A stretch of DNA of 64,000 nt from Octopus sinensis. Lineage: Eukaryota. Every line of letters starts with the position of its first letter. Position 1 is the first letter of the stretch. Shown in pieces: positions 25,376 through 38,297 of the stretch. Location: positions 139,376,001 to 139,440,000 of the forward strand of contig NC_042998.1 of the NCBI RefSeq assembly GCF_006345805.1. The letters run 5' to 3'. Made by a program: the position numbers and the translations under genes. Below the pieces are notes generated by a model. The model made no database searches. It was not told where the DNA came from and saw only the letters and a list, made by a program, of their open reading frames with translations.

Positions 25376-28300
25376 AGAAAGACACAGAGAGAAACATCAT
25401 GAATTTAAAGTTTCACTGCTCATCAGACAATCAACAATTATCGATGACTAGTCAGACAGTCTGGCTGGCCATCAATGTCTAACCACCCAAAATTTTGGAC
25501 AAAAAATTAATTACAGATTCTATTTTGAAAATACTGCATAGCATACCATACATGTGGAGAAATGATTTTTTTTTCTTTTGATCTGATGCTGTCGTAAAAA
25601 AAAAATGGTACAGTTCCATACATTGGAATATATTTCTACATACCGATGTACAGGTACACAACTTTGTTTGTAGAGTCTGCCAAAACACATAAATGCCAAG
25701 TGAGCTTGCAGAACAATTATTGAAAGCATGTTTTTTTTTAGATAATTTATGATTGTCTTCCTGGAAAGCCCTCATACAAGCTACTGATAAACAAACTATT
25801 GATAGATTTGATTGCAAACACAAAAAACTGTAAATGTCATAAATCTATTTTATATTGTCCATATACATAAAACAGTCTCCTACTGACTTATCATACACTT
25901 AGAAGAAACAATTGTTGTTATATTATTGCTTGTTGTAAGAAATATCCAACAAAACAAAACTAGATAGGAAAATGACTTTGCAGAATTTCTCAACAAAAAT
26001 AACAATGAATGTGAGAAGCAATTCTCAACACAACACAAGGTTAAAATAATCAGACCAAATATATACTAGTCAGAAAACAAAAATAAACACTCAACTCATA
26101 ATGAATAAATATAACAGTCAAAAATTCTAATTTATGTAGTAATATCTACATCAGGGGTCAACAAACTTCTTATATGACTGACTCCATCGTAGAAATGTTG
26201 ATAAATATAATAAAAAAATTCTTGATTTAAAAACAATAGTTCCTTCATTCTTTTGAGTCATTACTACTTTTTAAAAAGAAATATTTAGAAAAATTTAATG
26301 AAAATACTGAACAAAATAAAGAACAATAAAAATTCAGTCAATATAATTGACTGAACCCACCTGAGATTGCCCCAAGTTATATGACATAAACTTACTGTTT
26401 TAAAGTGGTCTAAATTATAATTTTCCATCAAAATTTTATGCTAATTTGTTCCAGACCCCAGCTTAATTAGAAAGTTATTTTCACTAAATTCTTCATTATT
26501 TTAAAAATTGAAAGAAAGGCAGCAGATATTAACAGTAAAATCAGTAATAACACAGGTTAAATGTGAAGTATGTGTTTGGTAAATACTAGTTATAAATACC
26601 AGATATTTGGCAGGAAATTAGTGAGTTTTAACTGTAAATGACCATGCTCTTCCAGACTCAGCCTATAATTTTGCCCTCAATGCTTAAAATCATTTCTGGT
26701 TTTTATGAACTGCTTATATAACCACATAGACCCTCAAGGGTTAACACTAATCTCTAAGCCAACCTTGGTCTACATCAATCACATTGGTCCTGATTACTAT
26801 ATAGAGGCAGCAATACATACCAACATCACTTCATCTAGAAATTTTAATTATGAAAGTCTAGATATGGTAATGATAGGATTTAGAAACTTCACTGTTTCAA
26901 ATAAATTACAAGGAACTCACAAAAATGAGTTGATAAAAGACTTGATAAAAAAAATGAGTTGATAAATGACTTGATAAAAAGATGAACTAGAGTGCAGCTG
27001 TGCATTCAATACAGATCTTACATATCTTAAAGCAATGCCACATTTGTGTATATATGATTACTGAAATGATGAGTACATTGAAGATAGTTTCACAGAAAAT
27101 GTATGCCAAACTGTTGAATAGTCCTCATACAATTTAAATGCTTGGATCTTTACTAAGAAAGACACCTTGGAAGACACAACTACTTGGGACTTAAACAGAA
27201 AGGGGCCATGGGTTGAGTTTCAGCATGCCAGAGCACCTCAAATAGCATAACAAGTCACACTGAAACACAGCTGCACATAACTGCATCATACCAAAGTGGT
27301 GACCCAAGACTCAAGTCAGTCCTCTGCAAGTATCAAACCAGGATCAACTATCTTATTTCACTACCATTAACCCTCATTAACTACCATTAACCTATCGTAT
27401 TATACTACTATTAACCCTCAATGTGCATACTAATGAGCAAATGCAACACACTAATTGTAGGCAAATCAGTTCTTGCAACCTTTTTCTATTGGCCATAAAA
27501 ATAAAAAGTGCATACTATGCCATAGGAAATGTGGAGAATTCTGGAAATACCCCACTTTCAAAAATCAGTTGACTCAGTTCCCAGATCTCAAGTGCACATG
27601 CACTGAACCAAGTATATTTGGTTCCTGAGCAGTAAGAGTTAATCTAATAGCATAATTGCCATATTAATTGGTACACCTAAAGGTTGCCAAATAACAACCT
27701 TTTAAACAATAAAACTGTGTACAACTCATAGTTGACACTTTATAATAACATCCACAAACCATAATAACAACAGCAACAAGTTCCAACGTAGAAAGTTATA
27801 CAAAAGTTGCATAATGTTCTAGACATTTTCATCATTATGCTTATAATCTGAAAAGGTCATTACCTGAGAATCTATAACATGTCTACTCTTGGAATTCAGA
27901 AACTGTTATAAAACAGCATATTCTATGACAGTTGAGTAAACATCTGTATTGTGTATTTTACAGACTAAACAAATATAAGACAAACAGAGAAACATATATC
28001 TTAATTATTTAGTATTATCTGATAATAAATTCTTGTGTATTCTTCAAAAGAAGGCCATAAATATCTCATTTCATATTAAAATATTAGTTAGTACAGAGAG
28101 GAATATATCTTCTATATTCATTGAAAGCTGGTTAACTGTCTTTCAAGATACATAAAAATCAATATTACTGACACATTGCAATGCCTTTCTTTTCTCTCTC
28201 TCTCTCTCTCCTTTTGCTGCTACTTTTATTTCTTCATTTCCTTTTCAAAAATTCTCAACCATCATAAATTCTTACATTCTGTGAACAATTTATTGGACTA

Positions 28301-30559
28301 ATTTATACAAATCTATGTTAAAGCCAGTATATAAACAGAGGAAATTAGAGACCGAGAAATAAGAATAAAGGAAAGAAAAATAGAAGGAAAAATATAAAAA
28401 TGAAAGAAAAACATGGTAAGGAAAAGGAAGAAGGAAAATATAGGAAGGAAAAGAAAGAAAATATAGGAAGGAAAAGGAAGAAAGAAAAACATAGGAAGGG
28501 AAAGGGAAGAAGAAGGTAAAGCAAGAACTGTGCCAATGTTCAGGTTTTCAAAAGTCAAATTGGTGAATGTGCTATAAAGAGATATTGATTAGCTAGTTTG
28601 CTAATTCCATTATCAACACCCTGACACAGTGAAAGTAATAATCATATTCTGGTATCTGAGAATATCCTACAAATATTTCTTTCCAAGTAATGCAAATTAC
28701 TCTAGCTTAGCACAGCTGTGATTGACAATTTTATCCATGCAGCCTGAAGGCTATTCTTCACACCAAATCTTTGGAGCTGACACCAGCAAGTTAGCCTACA
28801 AAAACAGGTCTTGCACATAACAAATTTATGGCAGGCAGACTTGTATGATAGCTATTAATGTGACATTTTTTCCAAGCCAAAAGGAACAAAAAAAAAAAGA
28901 AACAATGAGTGGCTATTTGTTTATAACCTGCTCAAAGCAAGATTTTAAATAAATATAAATTTGTCGTAAGGAAGTATCTGATTAGACATATGATACTTCA
29001 GTTTCCTTTTTTGCAGATGATAATATAATAAAATAAATAAAACATGATTGCATCATTTATTTTATGACAAGAATGATTTGCTATAAAGGCAATAATTAGA
29101 AAATAAACTAACACAAGAAAATATAAATTACACCTGGGAAATACATAAGGAACAGATCTAGGAGGTAGAGAGAGAGAGAAAAAAAGAAAAAAGTATGTTG
29201 ACTCAATTTTAAATATTTAACTAAAACAGACAACAAAACTAATTTAATTGATTGTGACAACAGCTTTTTAATATTTAAATTCGTTTACCATATGGACATG
29301 TGAAATGTTTCATTACTACTCAACGATCTAATAATATACAAAAATGAAAGCAAAATAAGATACAGAACTTAATTCTTTTTCTGACTATTTATAATGGCAA
29401 TTTAGAATTATTATCATTATTATTTAATAAAGGTGCTGTCGTAAAAACTGACAGGCAACAAGCCGATAGCAAATGTAAACAGGAGAGAGGCATCATCTTA
29501 ATGGCTTCCACACTACTCCAAGAGGAGGAATAGTGAAAAGAAAAAAGAAAATAGTTGGTGTATGAGAGAGAGAGAGAAAGAGAGACAAAATGGTGAAACA
29601 AAATAATTGAAAGGTCCACAGAGGAAAGCTTCTGATTCACTTCTTTTTCTAAATAGTAGAGTGAGAGGAAACAGTAGCAACTACAACAAGCAGAAGAAAA
29701 ACAATCTCCATCGCATTCTAAGAGAATATATCCTGGCAATATTTACTACAGCTGTATGCCATCGCCAAGTTCTACAAGCTTTGGCAGAGCTGCAAGGGCA
29801 GGAGAGAAAGAGAAAAGAGAGAGAGATGGTGAAAGAAAGAGAAAAAATAATAAAGGTATCACTAACTTGTTATGGTTGAAAGGAAGAACAAAGAAAAAAA
29901 AACCTCTTTACAAATTCATGGAGATGGAATTTTTCAGAGGTATAAGATATATACAAATGTAAAAAAAAAAAAAATGTGCATGTGTGTACATACATATACA
30001 TGTATGCATATATGTATACATGTGTATATGTATGTGTGTGTGTGTTTATTTTTTTAACAAGAATAGTATTGACAATGATTTCAAAGTTCTGGCCAGCTAA
30101 GCTGGCCAAACCTTCAAAGTTACTATTAATATTATTGTTAAAGAATAATGAAATTGTACTCCACAAAAAGTATTGAGTAATCCTTCAATTTAATTTTAAA
30201 TTGCTTTTATTATAACTTAACGTAAAAACAAGAATTAATATATGCACATGTGTGTTAATGTTTATATATGTAAATACATGTGTGTGTATGTATACATATG
30301 TGTGTATAGTTGTTCTAAGTATTTTTAATGAAAAAATACAACTTTCAAAAATACTGTATATTCAAATGGAATAAATTTTATTCATGTTAATTAATTCAAC
30401 AGGTTTTTGAAAAAGCAATTTGTTATACACAGATAATTTCAACAGCTTTTATTAACCAACAATCAAAATATATTCAAACAAAATCTCAAAAAGTTATTTA
30501 TAAACCTAAATAATTTTGAATTAATTAAAATAATTTAAATTTTGTGTTTGTAGCTGCTC

Positions 30560-30990
30560 CAGTCATTATTTTCACATCCACCTTTCCCCTGCTCGTGAGG
30601 GTCAAACAGAATTTGTTGAGGCAGATTTTCAACAGCTGGATGCCCTTCCTGTCACCACCCTTTACCTGTTTCCAAGTAAGGTAATATGACCAGATGTTTC
30701 CAAGGATGATTAGAAATGAAGGACACACATGCCTAACAGTGACAGTCATTTACAACTATTATACAATGTCAAACCAGGAAGACGGTAACCCATACACACA
30801 CATGTAAGTGTGACTTTGTGTATACAACTGGTTCCAGTCAGTTTCTATCTACAAATCCACTCACAAGGCTTTGGCTGTTGAAGGGCTATAGGAGGAGACA
30901 TTGGTCCAAGGTACCACACCACAGGACAGAACTCAGAACCATGTTGTTGGGAAGCAAACATCAGAACCACACAGCCATGTGTGCACCAAG
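30560..30990 (-). mobile_element. SINE family 1 with RTE-like tail (left member of an inverted pair)
   Basis: Tail, body, core and head reverse complement ending ccacacagccatgtgtgcacc. Confidence 0.8.
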
Positions 30991-31174
30991 GTTGAAACTC
31001 TTTTCCATAATTGTGCTTTAACCTTATCACAAGATCACCAAGAGACCAATACCATTGCTCCACCGCAAAAACCTGCCAAACCTCCAAATTGTTTGCTCAG
31101 AGATACGTGGCAAACTGTGCAACAGTGGCACAGGTGAAAAATATTATTTAGAAAGTTAGCCAATATACTACAAT

Positions 31175-31565
31175 GCATGGGTGCAGGCATGGCCATGTGG
31201 TTAAGAGGTTCAGGTTGTGGTTTCAGGTTCAGTTCCACTGCATGGCACCTTGGGCATGTGTTTTCTGCTTTAGCCCTAGACCTATCAAAGCCTTGTGTGT
31301 GAATGTATTTGGTAGCCAGAAACTGAAAGAAGTTCATCACATATGTGCTTGTGCACATGTGTGGCCTTGTCTTGACATCATGTGGTAGTTGTAAATAAAT
31401 GTCATTCATTTTCAACATTCTATGAAAATATATCTGGGAATGGGGAAATACTACCTTGTCTGGAAATAGGTGAGGGTTGGCAGCAGGAAGGACATCCAGC
31501 CATAGAAAATCTGCTTCAGTAAACTCCATTTGAGCCATGCTTTCATGGAAAAGTGGATGTTAAAA
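31175..31565 (+). mobile_element. SINE family 1 with RTE-like tail (right member of an inverted pair)
   Basis: gggtgcaggcatggccatgtggttaagagg...gcaccttgggcatgtg...catggaaaagtggatgttaaaa. Confidence 0.8.
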
Positions 31566-32558
31566 AAGTTGTGTGTTTATGCCATGTTTGTCCACCACTA
31601 GAGCTTGACAACTGGTGTTGGTTTATTTATGTCCCCATTGCTTAGTGGCCCCGTAAAAGAGACTGATAGAATATGAACCAAACTTAAAAAGAAAATAAGT
31701 ACTGGGGTCAATTTGTTCAACTAAACCCTTCAAGGCAGTGCCCCAGCATAGTTGCAGTCCAATGACTGAAACAAGTAAAAGATAAAAGATATGCAGTCCT
31801 AAGAAATCCTTTCTTTTTATACATGCATTACATCACAATTGATAGGTTTAAATATCACCTTCCTTTTTTTATTTTTATTTTTGTTATAATGGTGCCAAAG
31901 CTTATCTCATCTGACTGGAGAGTTTAATAGTATAAATCAACAGAAACTTAAAAGTGCCTCTAGTGTTTGTTTGAATTCTCTTTTTAGCAAATCAGCTATG
32001 TAAGCAGGTTAATTGTGATATTCCATATAACAAAGTATGTCCAACTTAACTGGTAAAAGCATTTACCCAGAATGCTCTGCAAACATACTTGATGGTCACC
32101 TTATTCAGAGATTTTAATATTCCTAATATTATCATCATCGTCATTAAATAAACACCTATTTTTCAATTATGTTGTAGGTTACATAAGTAGGATTTAATGC
32201 CAACATAAATACATTCACATGCACACAATTTTATACAAATAAAATTATACATAAAATAGGTGCAGGTATAGCTGTGTGATAAGAAGCTTGCTTCCTAAAC
32301 ACACAGTTCTGGGTTCAGTCCCTTCTACTGTAGCCTCAGGCCAACCAAAGCCTTGTAAGTGGATTTGGTAGACAGAAACTGAAAGAAGTTCCAGAAGTTT
32401 ATCATTTAAGTATATATGAGCATGTCTAGACACGAAGCTATATGCATGAGAATACATACATAAAACAAAACATAAATCTACATGCATACATGTTAGAAAC
32501 CAGCTTTTTCTCTATTAGCATGAAATCTTGAAATAAAACATACATACATATATATATG

Positions 32559-32603
<45 letters not shown>

Positions 32604-32604
<1 letters not shown>

Positions 32605-33803
32605 TGGATCATGTCATAAACAATGCAGTTTTTTTTTTCATTTGCATGAACTAAAAGTTGAAGGGGCATAGGATAAACTACCTGCATCAACTTTCTATAA
32701 AAGCAGGTACTAATTTTAGTGCAAGTTTTGAAGAGTGCAGTTCCATTTTAATGGTTATTTTTGCAAAGCTATAATGGAAGTGACAAAGGAACATATTTGG
32801 CATATTTTGCTCTATGAGTTTAATAAAGGCAACAATGCAAGGGAAAGTGCAAGGAATATTAATGCAGTATATGGGGATCGGACAATAAGCATAAGCTAGT
32901 GTCAACGGTGGCTCCAGAAATTCCAAGCCAGAAACTATAACCTAGAAGATGAGCCTTGTCCTAGACGATCTGTAGAGCTCAATGAGGATGTCCTGCAAAC
33001 CCTAGTGGAACAAAATCCCATCGTAACTGTCCAGGAACTAGCAGAGAAGCCTGGATTTTGTCATTCATCCATTCAGCAACACCTGCGTACCATTGGAAAA
33101 GTTAGCAAATTGGGTTCCTCACAAACTTTCCAAGTCTAATTGCATGCAGAGAGTGAATGTGTGCTCTTCTTTGCTGTCATTTCTCATGAATAAACCATTT
33201 TTGGACCAAATAGTGACTAGTGACGAGAAATGGGTTCTCTATAAAAATGTCAAGCACCAAAGACTGGGTAGGGAAAGGAGAAACTCCAGCATCCCAAGCT
33301 AAAGGTCTTCACTCATGTAAGGTGTTATCTGTTTGGTGGAATATGAAAGGTTTAGTCCACTTTGAACTTTTAAACCCAAACCAAACAATAACAAAAGAGG
33401 TCTAATGCAAGCAGCTTAAGTCAGCACTAGGAAAAAAATGACCATCTTTGGTTTCAAGACAAAAGGTTTTCTTCCATCAGGATAATGCTCAGCCATATAC
33501 AGCAGTTTGAATGGAAAGCAATGCCCCACCCACCATATTCACCAGACATTGCCCCATCTGATTATCACTTATTCCATAGTCTTCAAAATCATTTGAATGG
33601 AAAAAATATGAATTCTGTAGACGAGGTCAGAACAGTACAGGAGGAATATTTTTCATCACGGAGAAGTGAATTTTGGAAGAGGGACCTTGCAAGTTTACCA
33701 GATAGATGGAAGAGCATTGTAGATTTAAAAAGAACTTCGTTTATCTTAACTTTGACAAATAAAAGAAGTATAAAATAGACGCATTATTTATGGGATGACC
33801 CAA
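32604..33803 (+). mobile_element. Mariner (DD34D) transposon, full length but transposase disrupted
   Basis: TIRs ttggatcatgtcataaacaatgc / gcattatttatgggatgacccaa flanked by TA. Fragments WVPHKL, TSDEKWVLY, WWNMKGLVHFEL, QDNA and HPPYSPDIAPSDYHLF, with frameshifts and small deletions. Confidence 0.92.
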
Positions 33804-33814
33804 TACATACATAT

Positions 33815-34062
33815 TTGAAGGCAGCCTAGTGATTAGGCTATTGCATACACAATTGCTAGATCAAGGGTTCAATTCCCAGACAACACGTGTTCTTGAGCAA
33901 AGCACATCATTTCATGTCGCTCCAGTCCCTCTTTCAATCATGGGGAGATATTGGCCTTCTCACTTAGCCATGGGGAGGGGTCATTCAAAGGCTAAAATTA
34001 TGCAAAGCACTTTGTGGCCAGCGATGTGTAACAACATCTGATAGTTTGGTCAGTCATGTGAG
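33815..34062 (+). mobile_element. tRNA-derived SINE, third family
   Basis: Head gcagcctagtgattaggctattg...gggttcaattcccag followed by a gtgttcttgagcaaagcac core; a related-type head lies on the minus strand at about 43,170-43,325. Confidence 0.55.
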
Positions 34063-34599
34063 GAGATTATATATTTGTATAAATACATACACACACACAT
34101 ATATATGTACATACATATATATATACATAAACACACAATTTCGGTCTACCAAATCTACTCACAAGGCTTTCGTTGGCACGGGACTACATTAGTAAACACT
34201 TGACCAAGGTGCCACATGAGAAGACACTTGACCAAAGTGCTGAACCCAAAACAATGTGCTTACAAAGCAAGCTTCATAACCAGACAGCCAAAAAACCATG
34301 CGCATAAATAGCAAAACCAATAAATGGAGAGAAATCCAACTGGGAATAGACATGCCCTGGTTAATGTCAATTTGTAACTTTTGACTGTCTATATGTGTAT
34401 GCATGCGGGTGTGTGGGTGTGTTTGCACACTCACTTATAAGGTTAGGAATTAAATCAAGTCTCTGCACATTAAGCAGATGTTCATTAAATTCCCACTTGG
34501 CAAGTCAATTTTTTTTCCTATTCTCCTTTATTTTCACCTCATAGATATATATACACACACACACGCAGACACACATATATACATATTCTAATAAAAACA

Positions 34600-37500
34600 A
34601 TCATCATCATCGTTTAATATCCGCTTTCCATGCTGGCATGGGTTGGATGGCTTGACTGAGGGCTGGTGAGCCAGAAGGCTGCACCAAGCTCCAACCCATT
34701 TTGGCAAGGTTTCTACAGCTGGATGCCCTTCCTAACACCAACCATTCCAAGAGCATAGTGGATGCTTTTTATGTGCCATCGCACACGACCAGTCAGGCAG
34801 CACAGGCATCAATCATGCTTGAATGGTGCTTTTTACATGCCGCCAGCACGGGCATCGACCATATTAAAATGGTGCTTTTTATGTGCCAGTGAAACTGGCA
34901 TCGGCCACACTTAAATGTTGTTTTTTATATGTCACCAGTACTGGCATCGGCCACGCTCAAATAGTGCTTTTTATATGCCATTGGCATGGGTGCCAGTCAG
35001 ATGGCATCGGCCACAACAATGATTTCACTTAACAGGTCTTCTCAAGCACAGCATATTACCCAATGATTGAACGGTACTTTTAAATAGGCCAGTTATGCAA
35101 CACTGGTATCAGCCATGACTACAATCTCATTTGGCACAGCCTATCTCCAAAGATCTCGGTCACTTGTCATTGCCTCTGTGAGGCCCAACATTCAAAGGTC
35201 ATGCTTCACCACCTCATCCCAGGTTTGCCTGGGTCTACATCTTCCACAGGTTCCCTCCATTGTTAAGGTGTGACACTTCTTCGCTCAGCTGTCCTCATCC
35301 ATACACAAAACATGACTATACCAGCACAGTCATCATCCTTGCATGCCACATCTAATGCTTCTTAAGTCCAACTTCTCTCTCAGGGTGCTTACATTCTGTT
35401 GTGCATGCACACTGACATTACACATCCAGCAGAGCATACTAGCTTCATTTCTTTCAAGCCTACACATGTCCTAAGCAGTCACAGCCCATGTTTCACTGCC
35501 ATGTAGCATTGCTGTTCATACATATGCATCATACAGTCAACCTTTCACTCTGAGCAAGAGGCCTTTTGTTACTAACAGAGGTAAGAGCTCTCTGAATTTT
35601 GCTCAGGCTATTCTTATTCTAGCAGCTATAATCTCAGAGCATCCACCCCCCACTACTGACTTGGTCACCTAGGTAACAGATGCTATCAACTAGTATATTT
35701 TCCTCCCTGGTATGTGATGGAATCTGTTTTCTATACATCTTCAGTGTTTATTGCCCCTGTGCATCTGCCATACACAAAAACTATCTTCCTAGTTAACCTT
35801 CCTTTGACATTACTGCACCTCTTATGTATCCATATCTTACATCATATATATCTCATGGAGTTTCTACCTACACCTTTTCTATAGATCAAGCAGAGCCATC
35901 TACCTAAAGGGATTTATGATTTGTCTGCCTTCCTACTCACTAAGACTTTGGTCTTTGCTAGATTGATTCTAGACCTTGCTTCCACACCTGCAACTTCTCC
36001 AGTTCTGATAGTGACTCAGCTATTAGAGCAAGGTCATCAGCATAGAGGAGCTTCCAGGGGAAGCATGTCCTAAATTGCTCAGTTATTGCCTAGGGGACTA
36101 TGATGAATAAGAGGGGGTTGAGGACTGATCCTTGGTAAACACCTACTTCTACCAAGAATTCTTCACTATACTCATTGCCAACCCTCACCTTACTGACAGC
36201 ATCCCTGTACATGGCTTGTACAGCTCTCACCAACCACTCATCTGTCCCTAGTTTATGCAGTGACCACCAGATAAGGGATCAGAGGACCCTGTCTAAGGCT
36301 TTCTCCATGTCAACGAAAGCCAAGTACTGAGGTTTATCTTTGGATAGGAATTTCTCCTGCAGCTGTCTTACCAGAAATATAGCATCAGTGGTGCTTCTCC
36401 CTGGCACAAACCCAAACTGCATCTCATCTTATCTAACTCTCTCCCTAATTAATTGGGCTATGACCCTCTCCATGACTTTCATCACCTGGTCCAACAATTT
36501 GATACCTCTGTTGTTATTCCTAACGAATGCATCACCTTTACCTTTGTAGCAATTGATTATGGTGCTGGTGCTGTTACACCAGTCATTAGGTATGACTCCT
36601 TCGTGTATCACCTGGTTGACTATACAGGTGACTAGACTATAGCTGACACCACCAGATATTTTAAACATCCCTGCAGTGATTCCTGATGGGCTGGGGGCTT
36701 TCCTGGTCTTTGTACCTTTAATTGCTTTATCTACTAAGGTACTGTCAATTTGAATATCTGGTCCCTCTATTGGGTTGACTTTTGGCAGACTCTCTTTCTC
36801 CCATTCATTCTCTTCATTTAGCAACCTTTCATAGTGGCATATCCAGGTCTCTCTCTTTGCAACATCATTAAATGCAAGTGAGTCATCATCCATGTGGACA
36901 CATTTCTCTCCCATGACATCAAAATTCTCTCTCACACACTGTCTTGCAATACAAAACACTTCAAGTCTCTGGTCCTCATGATGCAGAACATTGGCAAATT
37001 TTTTCTTATCTGCTTCCCCTCCAGCTAAGTAAACCTGTCTCATAGCTTCCCTTCTGGAGATCTGATACCGTTCCCTGCTACCACTGCACCTCCAGTCCTT
37101 CCATACCCATTTCTTTTCCCTAATGGCCTTGTCAACTACATTGCCACAATACCTTAGGTTTAGAGGCAACTTTGCACCAGCCACTGATCTGGTCAGTAGC
37201 CCTCAACAGGTTGTCCTGTAGGAACCTCCAGCTGTCCTCCACATTATGTGATGCTATATCTTCAAGTAATAGGTCTCTAAATCTCTGTCCATTCACAGGA
37301 TCCTTAAGCTTCCAGACCCTTCTTTTCTATATTGGTCGTCTTCTGGGCAGCCATTTAGCCCAGATCCTGAAGTTGCTAACTACTAATCTATGTTGTGGGG
37401 TACATTCTTCACCTGGGGAAGTTTTGGCATTTATAAATAGTTATCTTTCCCATGTCCTGGCGAAAACATAGTCAATCTGACTAGTATATCCATCAGACTG

Positions 37501-37725
37501 GTAGGTGAACAGGTGACTGGCAGGTTTCCTGAAGTTAGTATTACAGATCATAAGATCATTTGCATCACAAAACTCCAGCAGCCTGGTTCCCTCCTCATTA
37601 TAGGAACCAAATCCGTAGCCGCCATGTACACAATGGAAGCTCCTTGGATGTTGTGCAACATATCCGTTGAAGTCACCAGCCACAAAGAGAAGATCCCTGT
37701 CATTTGTTGACAAGGTAGTCTGCAG
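34600..37725 (-). mobile_element. RTE-clade LINE, 5'-truncated and degenerate (APE endonuclease C-half, RT, 3'UTR, (ATG)n tail)
   Basis: AGDFNG...GYGFGSYNEEGTRLLEFCDANDLMICNTNFRK...SQIDY (37,441-37,700); YKGKGDA..RNNNRGIKLL; PWKLLYADDLALIAES near 36,040; GR.RP at about 35,230; tail catcatcatcgtttaa at 34,601 on +. Confidence 0.92.
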
Positions 37726-38129
37726 ACAATAATAATACAAAAATGTTCCCCCACCCACCCTCACATCCCTATTGGCACTAGGTCACAAATTTGAATAGGA
37801 GAGGATTATACTAAAAATTAACTGAATATTCTCAGATATAAATGGTAAGAATTTTACAACCTTCAAAGGACAAAAATTAACCTCAATGGGATTTTATCCC
37901 ACTACATAGACAAAACAAGATTAAACAAGGACATTTTAGTTCAACATTCTAATGATTTCACTGATTCCACCATCTTCAATGAGATGAGAATAACAATATA
38001 CTCTGAGATCTTGCAATACTACAAGTATACTACTGATTTTATGGCATCTTTGGTTCCAAAGCCTGGATGGATTAACTGTTTTGTTGGTTAGGACCATCTG
38101 TGATCATGTAATAATTCATCGACAATCTC

Positions 38130-38297
38130 TCACCTACTAATTATATACTTCCATGTGTCATAACTATCACACAGCTTACGTACCGAAATACTAAAGTCCA
38201 ATTTTTTTTTCAACAGTTCTACTTTATCTTGAATCAATAAGGATTGGCGTTTATATTTAACATTGACACTATTGGTTCTCTTACCTGCATTACCCAT
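38130..38297 (-). pseudogene. pogo/Tigger-type transposase N-terminal (CENP-B psq HTH) remnant
   Basis: KYKRQSLLIQDKVELLKKKLDFSISVRKLCDSY resembles KRK.LSI..K.E(L/I)LKKLD.G.SV..L...YG. Confidence 0.6.

Noticed and set aside
27864-27902. 39 nt exon candidate (CAG|GTAATG donor, FLNSKSRHVIDSQ)
   Set aside because: Good splice signals but no homology or linkage to other exons; not distinguishable from chance without RNA data.
31035-31538. 167-aa minus-strand ORF
   Set aside because: It is mostly the antisense reading of the SINE at 31,175-31,565.
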